Numbered from the stretch's first letter, positions 13,287 to 24,221 are shown. The stretch is 64,000 bases of DNA from Leucoraja ocellata (GCA_036785375.1 JAWMAR010000150.1:3534001-3598000), one strand, 5' to 3'. Made by a program: numbers and translations. The notes: generated by a model from the letters alone, not told the origin.

Positions 13287-13950
13287 TCTCCAGCACCACG
13301 GGTCGGGTGGTGGTCTCCAGCTCCACGGGTCGGGTGGTGGTCTCCAGCTCCACGGGTCGGGTGGCGTTCTCCAGCTCCACGGGTCGGGTGGCGTTCTCCA
13401 GCTCCACGGGTCGGGTGGCGTTCTCCAGCTCCACGGGTCGGGTGGCGTTCTCCAGCTCCACGGGTCGGGTGGTGGTCTCCAGCTCCACGGGTCGGGTGGT
13501 GGTCTCCAGCTCCACGGGTCGGGTGGTGGTCTCCAGCTCCACGGGTCGGGTGGTGGTCTCCAGCTCCACGGGTCGGGTGGCGGTCTCCAGCTCCACGGGT
13601 CGGGTGGCGTTCTCCAGCTCCACGGGTCGGGTGGTGGTCTCCAGCTCCACGGGTCGGGTGGTGGTCTCCAGCTCCACGGGTCGGGTGGCGTTCTCCAGCT
13701 CCACGGGTCGGGTGGTGGTCTCCAGCTCCACGGGTCGGGTGGTGGTCTCCAGCTCCACGGGTCGGGTGGTGGTCTCCAGCTCCACGGGTCGGGTGGTGGT
13801 CTCCAGCTCCGCGGGTCGGGTGGTGGTCTCCAGCTCCACGGGTCGGGTGGTGGTCTCCAGCTCCGCGGGTCGGGTGGTGGTCTCCAGCTCCACGGGTCGG
13901 GTGGTGGTCTCCAGCTCCACGGGTCGGGTGGTGGTCTCCAGCTCCGCGGG
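13287..13950. repeat. 27-bp GC-rich minisatellite (about 24-25 copies, CTCCAGCTCCACGGGTCGGGTGGTGGT), followed by degenerate 18-bp repeats to about 14075
   Basis: Directly visible; two main unit variants (GGTGGTC and GGCGTTC). Confidence 0.97.
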
Positions 13951-14086
13951 ACGGTTGGGCTCCGGGGATCGGGTGAGTACCGGGAGTCGGGCCAGGACCG
14001 GGGGTCGGGTCAGGGCCGGGGATCCGGTGAGGGCCGGGCGTCGGGCGTGGGCCGGGCGTCGGGCGTGGGCCGGGGGTCCAGAACCA

Positions 14087-14940
14087 GAACTGCTGTTGCT
14101 GGTTTAAATCGAAGATACAAACAAAATGCTGGGGTAACAGGCAGCATCTCTGGAGAGAAGGAATGGATGAAGTTTTGGGTTGTGACCTTTCTTCAGACGA
14201 AGAAGTCTGAAATAGAGTCTCGATCCGAACGCCACTTATTTCTTCTCTCGCTGAGTTACTCCAGCATTTTATGTCGTATCCATCTATTATTTGCCAGGCT
14301 TGGTCCTGCACTTCCTCTCTTCCAGTTCGCTCTCCCCCACCACAATCAGTCTCAAAAAGGATCCAGTCCCAAAATGTCACATCCATCTTCTCTAGAGGTA
14401 CTGCCAGGCCCTCTGTGTTACTCCAGCACTTTGTGTGTTTTTTTGGAAACCAGCATCTGCAGTGCCTTGTGTCTACATTGTAATAGATGGGATTGTGCTA
14501 TGGCAAAGGAAGTGGTTGGTAGAGAGGGAAGAGTGCGGCAGGGGGTCATGGAGGGAATGAATGGGCCCTTCGGAACGCTGAAGAGAAAGGGAAGATATGT
14601 CAGGTCATATTCTGTTGCAGGTGGTAGAAATTCTGACGGATGAATCATTGAATGTGGAGGCTGCTGAGGTGAAGGCCGAGGTCGAAGTCAAGGTTTTCTT
14701 TCCTGGTTCTTGCTGTGAGAAGAGTGAGAAATGTGGTGAGAGGACAATTGGCAGCCTTGTCAACTGTGGTAGAGAAATAGCCATGATTAAGGAAAATGGA
14801 AGACAAAAGTGCCAGTGTGGAAAATCCCAACATCAGAGCAGAAATGGTGGCAGGGGTGAAACTAGGAGTATGGAATGGGGTCGTACCAGGAAAGTAGGAA
14901 GAGCTGTGGGACTCAATGGCTGAAAATTATTATTGGTAGC
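14087..14940 (-). mobile_element. Penelope-like fragments, resuming after the LTR element at about 19741-19890
   Basis: Terminal-repeat pieces and a degenerate RT C-terminal region (FLNHGYFSTTVDKA). Confidence 0.6.
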
Positions 14941-15103
14941 CGTAATATATATATAATGTAATTAGCATATGTCATGTCTTGTGCGAGGGACGCATGCGCT
15001 GGGGGAGACTCAAGGTGACGTCTTGCAACAAAGAAGCTTGTTAGTTTACTCCTGTATCTGAGAGTTCTTTTGAGTCAGTTCCAAGTACCCAAAATACACT
15101 ACA
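14941..15103 (+). repeat. 5' LTR (163 bp, CGTAAT...CTACA; terminal TG read as CG)
   Basis: Direct repeat of 18636-18650 plus 19589-19735. Confidence 0.92.
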
Positions 15104-15105
15104 AT

Positions 15106-15123
15106 TGGCGACGAGGAAGGGAT
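15106..15123 (+). promoter_or_regulatory. Primer-binding site, tRNA-Ser(GCT)-like
   Basis: TGGCGACGAGGAAGGGAT lies 2 nt after the LTR; 17/18 complementary to the recalled vertebrate tRNA-Ser(GCT) 3' end (ATCCCATCCTCGTCGCCA). Confidence 0.85.
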
Positions 15124-16725
15124 AGAGTTTGTGAACTCCCCCACCGGACTGTTTTGCAACACGTAGGATTGTTTAACAGTTTAAACTGTAGATACGGAGT
15201 TGTGTCGCAGTTGTTTGCGAGCTGGACAAGAGAGGCCTGCAGATCCCTCTATGCCGGGGACTGCATTTAAAGTATCCGCTGTACAAGTCGGCGAGTTTTG
15301 TCAGGCTATCTCTATGTTGTGTCTACGTGGCAAGATGTCGTCCTTCGGATTGTTACTGATTTTAGACTGAGTTTTCCTTTTGTCAAATTCCTCAAGCTGA
15401 ATAGTCTTTGTATAAGTTTTAGGTGAATTGTTACACCAAAACACACAACAACAGCACGAAGAGGATAAAAGAACAGAAAAAGAAAGGACTGTCAGAAAAT
15501 AAAGGTGGTGTTTGGAAACAAAGTGGAACGGCACCAAGCCAAAAGATTTGCCGCCAAACGGTTTTGGATTGGCGCCAAAGAAAAGCAAGGTTGGAACAGG
15601 AAGCAAGGAAAACAAGTGGGGCAGTAAGTGTCACTGAAGAAAGCAGCCAAAAGCTGGAAGCCTAACCAGCAGGACAGCGATGGTGTCAACTTACCTGGAA
15701 CATTTTCCAGGGCTGTATAGCCCACAGCCAGGCCCAGGAGCCGCCAACGACGTCGAGCGAGGGCCTAGTACCGGGTAGGCCACGGACAGGTCCAGTGAAG
15801 CCACCGACGAAACGGAGTCAGTCCGGCTGGGAGAAGAGTCAGCACAGTCGAGGGAGAAAGCCGGCCGTGTGAGAAGCGGACCGGCAGAGTGAAAAAAACT
15901 GGCCGCGAGAGAAGCGGACCGGTCGCGAGAGAAAGCCCGGTCGCAAGAGACGGCCGTGAGCAGAGAAAGCCTGGTCGGGAGCAGAGTCAGCCCGACCGTG
16001 AGCAGAAAAGAGGGTCCGGCCGCGCAAGAAAAGCGGATGGGCCGAGGTAGAAAGCCCGGACGTGAGAGGAAGTCCAGCCCCGAGCAAAGAGTGGGTCCGC
16101 ACGAGAGAAGCAGGACAGCACTCAAGCACTTCAGCCCGGTCGGGAGTAGAGTCAGCCCGGTCGTGAGGGCTGTGGAGACAGCGGGCAGGCGTCAGCAGAG
16201 CCGACTTGGCAGCGAGCCAGCGGCAGCAAAAGTAACGGTGAAGCACCGGAGGAGCCAGCAAAAGCAGCAAAAGTGGAGGTCTGGTGAGGCCAACAGCAAA
16301 AGTACCAGTGGGGACAGCTCGAGAGGTCGAGAAGGCACTGGAGTCCGTCCATAGGTCGACAAGCTGGACCGGTGAAATTCTTCAAAGTAAAAGCAGGACT
16401 GTAGAATGTAATGCATTGTTCACTATTCCTTCACAGTAAAAGCGGGACTGTTTGGATGTAATGCATTGGTCACTGTTATTAATAGTAAATCTGTGTACAT
16501 AGCAGGAATATGGTTAAAATGTTCTAAATGACTATTAACATGAAATGTTGGTTAACAGTATAAATCTATTATTATAAGAATTAGTAATAGTCAGTAGGCT
16601 GGATCACTTCTTAGTGTGTAGAAGGATTAAGTCTAGTGCAGAATACACAGTGAGAGAAAAGATAGGGCACCTGAATAGCAACAGGTAGCATGGCTTTTCA
16701 AATTGTAGGAAACGTGCCCCAGTTA

Positions 16726-17062
16726 TTTATTTGTTTATTTATTTATTTATTAGTTATTTATTTTGGACAGAATAAAAGAATAAAAAGCAAATGTGAAACA
16801 GCATACAAAAAACAAACACAAATATTTATAAAGTGTCATAAACAATATCCATAAATAAATGAAATCATATGTGTCCGAAAAGGAGCAGGAAGAAGCCAAA
16901 GCTTATTAATTCCCACCCCTTATTCAACTGCTTGTAATTATCTCATACAAATTTAGCAGCTATATGTACACCACATGTACATCACATGTACACCAGCCAC
17001 TATATGTACACCAAATTATTTACATTTGAACACTAATCAAATATTTACAAAGCCATACAAAA
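16726..17062 (-). mobile_element. 5'-truncated LINE 3' end inserted in the gag start (family uncertain)
   Basis: (TAAA)n-type tail on the minus strand; flanking AGTTA at 16721-16725 and 17063-17067. Confidence 0.7.
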
Positions 17063-17317
17063 AGTTAGATTCAGTAATTTTGAGAAATGGACCAAAGTCT
17101 TGGAGGCTTGTTTCATTTCCAATGATATTGCTGCAGAGGAGGAGAAGAAGAGAGCATGGTTCATATTAGGCTTAGGAAGAGAGGGTTATGAAACCTTACG
17201 TATGTTACTCCTGCCAGCAAAGCCCACAGATAAAATGTATGAGGCGTGTAAGGAGGTATTAATGGCTCATTTCTCGCCAAAACCTCCAAGGGCATCCATA
17301 GGGCAGAGTCTATCAAA

Positions 17318-17500
17318 GGACCAAGGTCAAGTGCAAAAGGACAAAGGTCAAATGCAAAAGGACAAAGGTCAAGTGTAAAAGGACAAAGGTCAAGTGCAAA
17401 AGGACACAGGTCAAGTGCAAATGGACACAAGTCAAGTGCAAATGGACACAAGTCAAGTGCAAAGGGACAAAGGGCAAATGCAAAGTGGCAGAAGTCAAAG
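17318..17500 (+). repeat. 21-bp tandem repeat (about 8 copies, GGACAAAGGTCAAGTGCAAAA-like) encoding QKDKGQV/M
   Basis: Directly visible; lies between the gag and IQ segments. Confidence 0.9.
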
Positions 17501-18650
17501 GCAAAGAGAAATTGCCATCCAAAGGGCAACCCTAGCTATTCAAGCTGCATTCAGGGGTATGAAGGTACGGAGAGAAATCCGGAACAAACAGAAGGCAGCA
17601 ACGGTAATACAAGCAGCATGTAGAAGGCACAGAATATACCGCCAATACAAGGCAATGAGATTGGCAGCTATAAGAGTACAAACCCATTATAGGGCACACC
17701 TTCAAATGGAAAGTGATCGCAAATCTTACATGAAGGTATGCAGAAGCGTTGTACTGCTTCAGGCAGCCTACCGTGGAATGCTTGTTCGAAGGCAACTGCG
17801 GGGCATGCATAAATCTGTCAAGGTCATACAGACTTATTATCAGATGTATAAACAGCGTCAGTATTTTAAGAAACTACGCTGGTCTGCCATTGCTGTACAG
17901 CAACGATACAGAGCATGCCAGATAAGAGATGTCCAAGTGAGACAGCATAAGAGTTTGAGGGAAGCAGTGGTGTGTATTCAGGCCTTATACCGCGGGATCA
18001 AAGCCAGAGTATTGGTAGAGAAAACCAAGGCAGCACGCTGTATTAAGTCATTCATAAGAATGTGCATTACAAGAAAGCATTTCTTGATGCAAAAGGCGGC
18101 TGTAGTCACTCTGCAAGCTGCATACCGTGGTTACCGATTAAGGGTACGGTACAGAGCTATGCGACAAGCAGTCTTTTCGATCCAGAGATGATACAAAGCA
18201 TGTAAAATAGGGCATTCCCAGTTTGTGCAATATCAGTCAATGAGGGATACCATTCAAACTGCCTACAAGAGTATGGTGGTTAAGCAAAAGAAATAAGGAA
18301 CAGAAACAGAGGAAATGTTAACTTTAGCAGAATTTCAAGAACTGGAAGAAATCTGCAAATTAGATTAGGATATTTAAAAAGGGAAGAGGCAGAGATACAG
18401 GTGATTAGAAAGATGAGTGGAATGAACCATTATAAGTGCTACGTTTTAGTACGATTATTACAGTTATGAGGATGTAATGTAAGATGACTGTAATAATATA
18501 ATTGTGCAACAGTGTGTTAATCAATTATATTTAACGTACTAGAAATGGTGTTATTCGCCTCCAAGCTAAAGGGGATGCAGTATAATGTATATAATGTAAA
18601 TGGTGTAACCTGCCTCCAAGTTAAAGGGGGAGCAGTGTAATGTATATAAT

Positions 18651-19583
18651 TATTACAGAGAGACACTGAAGATATTCATTTGGAGGATGAGCCATCTTGG
18701 GGAACGGCTGCTAACCAGCAGCCGTCCGTTTAACTCACTTTTTTTTTTGAGTTTTATTAAGTCCTGTCCTTTGTCTGATCGAGAATGGACTTTTTAATGT
18801 GGGGGGAAGGAGGTAATTTTACTTCTAGGTCCCTATCTGGTCGGCGAGGCAGCTTTTTCTCCGGGCTGCCCCATCGACCCGTCCTCGTGGCCTATCAGCG
18901 GGCGTGGAGCGTCGTTTCCTGGCGGAGTGGAGCGGGCGATGCCTTGCCTGGGTCGCCGCGCTGGAGCTCCAGTGAGCTGTGACCGCCGAGATCAACACCT
19001 CCGGGCTGCGGATCTGCGGAGTGGGCGGTGCCGACTCTAACATCGGGAGCCTGGGAGCTCCAACCCAGCGCAGCCTTGTCGGCTTCGGAAGCCGCGGTCC
19101 CCAGTCAGGAAGCGGCCGTTTCAGGTGGCCCAGCCACTGAGAGGACTCTCCCGACGCCGGGGCAAGATCACCCGGTGAGAACGGCCAGGAACATCGGGCT
19201 TCCGTAGAGGCAATAGCGGTGGCCTCAATTGGCCTGACTTTGGGTGAACTGGGGATGGGGACTGGACAATGTGCCATCCCTCACAGTGGTAACCATTGTG
19301 GGGGAATGATTTTTTTTTTTTTTTGTGTATTAGTAAACATGTTAGTCTGTGTCCAAGATGGCTGTCGGAAGGGAGAGTGGACACTGGCGCGCTTTAGCTG
19401 CCGCTGCTCTCTCTTCACATTGTGTTTTTGATTTTTTTGTCTTTGGATTGAATTCTGTTTTTAATTTGTGTTTTGGTGATGTCTTTATTATTTATTTTAT
19501 TCCGATTATATGCTTTATTATTCTTGTTGATCTCTGTAAGGTGTCCTTGAGATTTTTGAAAAATAAAATGTATTATTATTATA
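18651..19583 (+). mobile_element. Non-autonomous retroposon with an L2-like tail, inserted in the 3' LTR
   Basis: Ends TGTAAGGTGTCCTTGAG...AAATAAAATG(TAT)n; TSD ATAAT at 18646-18650 and 19584-19588; GC-rich body. Confidence 0.75.
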
Positions 19584-21759
19584 ATAATGTAATTAGCATA
19601 TATTATGTCTTGTGCGAGGGGACGTATGCGCTCGGGGAGACTCACGGTGGCGTCCTGCAATAAAGAAGCTTGTTAGTTTACTCCTGTATCTGAGAGTTCT
19701 TTTGAGTCAGTTCCAAGTACCCAAAATACACTACAGTAGCCCATCTATCACTTGAGCAAAACATGTCAGAGTATGGTCGAATTGCAGCAGGAATCATAGA
19801 CGGGAAGCAGTGAGTGAGGGTCTCAGAGAACTCCATTCAGGGAAAAAGAAAACTTCTTCAAAGTGGGCACACCTTGAAAAAGGTAGGAGGAGGTTCTGCA
19901 TTAGTTCTGCAATGGCAAATTCATTTCACTGCACCTTCGGTGCATGTGACGAATAAAATTGACTTGGACTTTTGACTTTGCAGTGGAACAGTTGACCAGA
20001 GAAGCAATTCTCCAGCCTAGCACTTGAGATGGAGAAGCCAACAATGGGAAATGGACTGTTATGGACCAAGCAATTGGGAGAGCAGGGTGGATACAACACG
20101 GCAGCAAAAGGAAAACAGATTTGAGTGCAGAAAGCAGTAGCAATAGTTTGGCAATTCAAATTTGGTAACATTGGCATACTAAAAAAAGTTTCTGATACCA
20201 GGAAATAAAGTTGTGAACTCAGATCTCAGCATCATTTCTCGTGGAACATGTTGTGCTTATTAGTAAACCATTCTTTACTTATAATTTCAGCTTTCTATAT
20301 TGATGCCAGTTAACTTTCGATTCTGTTAATTATTCACCGACTGCGTGCTGCCCTTAATTATTATTGTGTCACTTAAACAACGACCTTTTGGAATGTCATA
20401 TAAACTATATTACTAATAGGAATCTTGCCTACTGTATCCACTGGATCTCCTGAATTCAATAAGATTGCATCAAGAAAGGTTTTGAAATCGGTTTAGACTA
20501 AGTACATTGAGACTTCCCAGGAGTCAGTCGCTGTGGTGGATGTTCATATTATTTTTTTAAATTGGGTGTCTTGTTGCTCTTTATTGGTATGACTGTATGG
20601 CAAGTTGAATTTCACTGCACCGTAATTGGTACATGTGACAATAAACAAACCTTGAACCTTGTAACTATTGGTTACATATAGGAACAGCAGTTTCAGAATA
20701 AGGGGTAGTTCAATCTTGGACTGAGATGTGAAGAAATTTCACTCGGAGGATGGTGAATCTTTGGAATTCTCGGTCTCAGGGATATCATTAAATTCATTTA
20801 ATAGAGAGATTAAATTTCTGGATATTAAGGGAATCAAGGGGCTTGAGGATAGTACAGGGAAAAGGCACTAAGGTAGAAGTTCAGCTAAATGTAATTAGTC
20901 AACATTGATTTCGAAAGAAGTCTTTCTTGATGCAACGTTATTGAATTGTGGAGAGCTAGTGGAGAATGTAGGCAAGATTAACGCTAGCTTCTTAAGGAGT
21001 TTTGAAGGACCAAATGGCCGAACCCTACAACTATGTTGTATTTTCTTTCAGGCAAATTGCAAATGACTGAGTAATTTATTTGTCGATAAACATGGGTGTC
21101 CATTGTGCCACAAGATATGAGACTAAAATTATGGTGATAATTGTACACAGTTGTCCTCCAGTCATGGCCTTGTTCCGGAGATATTACCATGTGTTCAATG
21201 GGTGAAGTTGCTATATTTTTGTTTCTTGAACTCTCCAAATAAATGTTCTCAAACTCTCCAAATGAATTCCCATGTTCCATAATCTACACCTAAAATCTTC
21301 CAGTTAAAGAGAGCATTGCAGGAGTGATATAATGGAAACGGGGAAATCAAAAGGCTCATTAGCTTGGTGATTAAATGTGCCCTTTCTTTAAACAAACGCA
21401 ACGTGCCTAATCTCAGTTTACCTCTGCCCCAAAGAATTAGATGTGTTAGACATAATTAAAATACATAACTTAATTTCATTTTGGGAAAGAGGGAAGTGGA
21501 AATTCACTGTGTTTGTTCACCTTAAAAAAACAGATTACTTATGCAAGATAGTGAAGCCATCTTCTCACTGCCTGAGAAGAAACTGAGGATACGAGTCATA
21601 TCCCCTTTAAAACATTTATAACCATCAAGACTATGGAGAAAGATCAACAGCAACTGGCAAACAAATGATCATGAAAAAATAAGCCATTTTAGATTTTTTT
21701 TCTTATCTCTCATTTCCAAGTTTGCAAATTGGCACCATATTTTACATGCAAAATGATGA

Positions 21760-24221
21760 TTCTGAGACTTTTCTGTATCTTATTTATTCTGCATTTAATA
21801 CATCCTGATCTGCCTATACGTTTTTTAGATAAATATCTTGCATTGCCAGCAACACTTCAAAATTAAACATTACAGATTGAAAATATGGCGCAACATGGAA
21901 AAACAGATAGATTGCTGTCAGCAAATACATTCAACAAAGTACCAAGAAACACATACTTGTTACAATATTGAAAAACAATCACAGCCACAAACTGTATCTT
22001 GGTTTACGTACAAGCAGAGGCCAATGCTACCACACACCGAGCAAAACTAAACCGAGTGTGTTGTCTTGACACATACAATTATTGATAATTTAACAGCACA
22101 GAGCAGCATGTCCTACACTGAAATTGGAGCATTGGAGAGAAATATATTTTAAAACAAATTCAAAGGATAAAACTATGCTGGAATCTTTCAAAAATCCCAA
22201 GCAAAAAAGTGCATCAAGCAAACTTTAGCAGCTAACCCTCCAGCACACAAAACATGCACCAAATGCAGTTATTAGTATCCTGAAGGAATGCAAATGATTC
22301 ATGCAAAATGCAGCAGCAGAAAGCTTTCTAAAACACGTTAATGCAAATAGGTCAGTAAATCAGACATATTTCGGATGCACTCCTACACTGAAAGCTCCAA
22401 GACATGGTCCTTGTCTTGAAAATGTACACTTCATCAAAGTTCATCAACAACAAAAAAACACAGAAACAAGCCACTTTCTCTCATAAAAATAAGGATGGAA
22501 AATATTCTGGTATAGCTCAAAGATAGTTGGACATTAGAATGGTGTTTAAGTTAATTAGGTTCAAATTTTTTAAAAAAATACATGTGACCAAAAGGAGTGG
22601 GTATAATGGACTGAAAGTGTTTCACCCACTCTGCACGTAACATTTAAAGCACTAAATAATGTAGACTTTTGCAGAACACAAAATTTACAATCAAAATAAC
22701 TGACAAACATGTTATATACAAAGGCATAAACTATGCAGTATTGTATCATGCTTACAAATTGTAGAGAACAATGAACATCAGAGGCAAGCTTCATACAATA
22801 CTTACAATTCACCCACTACAAATAGCAGCCTGTGGCAACAATACTTCAGGACGGTTTTGGATATTTTAAGCTGATTTCAATTCTGAAGTATAATACCAGT
22901 CTTCAGTGTACTTTCAATAAATTATTAGATCAAATTCCAACACAAAAAACAGTATGTGTTTAATCATTCAAAATGCTACTGACAAATTATCCCTGAAATT
23001 GTCAATGAAAATTTCAATGAAAAGTGAATACAATTCTAATTAAATCCTAATTATAGCTAGGTATCCAAAGAATTTGAATTTCCCAATAACATTTACTCAA
23101 AATATCAGTAATTCAGGTAAAACATTGGAAGGTTTAAGAAGGAACTGCAGGTGTTGGAAAATCAAAGGTAGACAAAAATGCTGGAGAAACTCAGCGGGTG
23201 AGGCAGCATCTACGGAGCGAGTGTCCTCTGCCTCACCCGCTGAGTTTCTCCAGCATTTTTGTTTCCTTCGTTCCATAGATGCCGCCTCACCCGCTGAGTT
23301 TCTCCAGCATTTTTGTCCACAAAACGTTGGAAGGGTACTTTTTTGAAAAAATATGTAGGAACTTGATAAAATTATACAATATTTTTGTCACTAAATCATT
23401 TGCATTCCTTGGAAGCATTTACTTACAACATTTACAGTAATGAAACATGAAGTATCTTCTGCTTAGTGGCCCTTAAAAATGAGGAGAAAAAAAAAACATA
23501 AGTCAGGACTGAATGAAACATTAAGTTAAATAAAAAGGGATGATGCCAAGCAACAAATCTCAAGCAACACTGGAATATTGTTTACATAACCTACATCTTG
23601 AGTAGCCAGCCAAACAAATTTCAATCCTTACTGTCAGTTCATTGCTCTGCCTTTACACATTTGAAACAGCTGGTTATTCAAAGTTTTATGCAGGTCAAAT
23701 AGCCTCTACTGGTAAAACACTTTGACAGATTCTTGTAGACATGATAATATTCATTCACATTTTACAGGAGTTTCCCCACAAGTTAATATGATCCACAACA
23801 ATAACAATTTTTGACGACATTTTTTCTAAAACTAGATATTTTCCCATGTTTCTAGGCCAGGAGATGTGCGTGAATACTTTCGACTATTCACATCATTTCG
23901 GACTCAATGGCAATTTCATATCGACCGCAAGCCAATAGTTTTCTAAAAATCTTAAATTGTGCTGAGATTATCATGCTCTTTTTTAAAAAACACATGAAGA
24001 GCTTAGTGCATTATTTCAAGTCCCAGAGTGATTGTTCAAACTGGGCAGGCACTGGCTTTTTCTCTTAATTTTACCTGGGCCTACAGTTCCTCTGCACTAC
24101 ATCAAAAAATTCTCATCTAAAACACCAGAGCCAAAAAATACAACACTATTTTACAAACATCACTCAAACATCAGTTTGGTTTTGGTAATTCAGGGCAGAA
24201 TTACTGTTGGACAGTGAAGAA
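21760..24221 (-). other. GLS: Probable KGA 3' UTR (about 2.4 kb)
   Basis: AT-rich, mostly repeat-free sequence after the stop. Minus-strand AATAAA at 21783-21788. The end point is inferred. Confidence 0.55.
23134..23320. mobile_element. Short palindromic Penelope-derived insertion within the predicted KGA 3' UTR
   Basis: Inverted CAAAAATGCTGGAGAAACTCAGCGGGTGAGGC arms; flanking AAAACATTGGAAGG / AAAACGTTGGAAGG. Confidence 0.8.

Larger units (their letters stand above)
10269..14086 (-). mobile_element. Rex1/Babar LINE with near-complete APE endonuclease-RT coding region (few lesions)
   Basis: EN motifs ANVRSL, FTETWL, GDFN, SDH; RT motifs GVPQG, YADD. Frameshifts near 11440 and 10860, stop at 11290. 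Tail ...ACAATTAAATTGAATCTGAA. Splits a Penelope-type end (GTAGGAAGGA|ACTGC). Confidence 0.93.
16690..18296 (+). pseudogene. Disrupted chimeric ORF: Gypsy Gag N-terminus, 7-aa repeat linker, about 11 ASPM-type IQ motifs
   Basis: ATG at 16690 (MAFQIVGNVPQL) is cut by an insertion. The Gag-like part EKWTKVLEACFISNDI..EKKRAWFILGLGREGYETLRMLLLPAKP..LMAHFSPKP follows. ORFs 17100..17378 and 17394..18191 share one frame, with stops at 17376 (CAA>TAA) and 18189 (probably TGG>TGA). Confidence 0.85.
14941..19735 (+). mobile_element. Non-autonomous Gypsy-type LTR retrotransposon carrying a gag fragment and captured ASPM-like IQ repeats
   Basis: 5' LTR 14941-15103; 3' LTR 18636-19735 (interrupted); TSD GTAGC at 14936-14940 and 19736-19740; PBS 15106-15123; PPT 18623-18635; no recognisable protease, RT or integrase. 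Confidence 0.93.

Noticed and set aside
13287-13950. CRISPR-like array
   Set aside because: Head-to-tail repeats with no unique spacers, in a vertebrate genome.
14087-14386. N-terminal ~100 aa of the 990-aa ORF
   Set aside because: Lies outside the LINE boundary in flanking Penelope-type sequence; fortuitous read-through.
13072-14643. 523-aa (GSGGGLQLH)n, 328-aa (SSSTGRVVV)n and 214-aa (VELETTTRP)n ORFs as novel repeat proteins
   Set aside because: They are alternative frames of a stop-free 27-bp minisatellite; only the frame continuous with the LINE endonuclease has independent support.
17394-18296. Genuine ASPM gene exon
   Set aside because: Only about 0.8 kb, contains stops, is bounded by LTR-element sequence, and no other ASPM exons are visible in the window.
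22140-22875. Mammalian GLS pH-responsive AU element
   Set aside because: Only isolated UUAAAAUA octamers are seen, not the tandem direct repeat; expected by chance in an AT-rich UTR.
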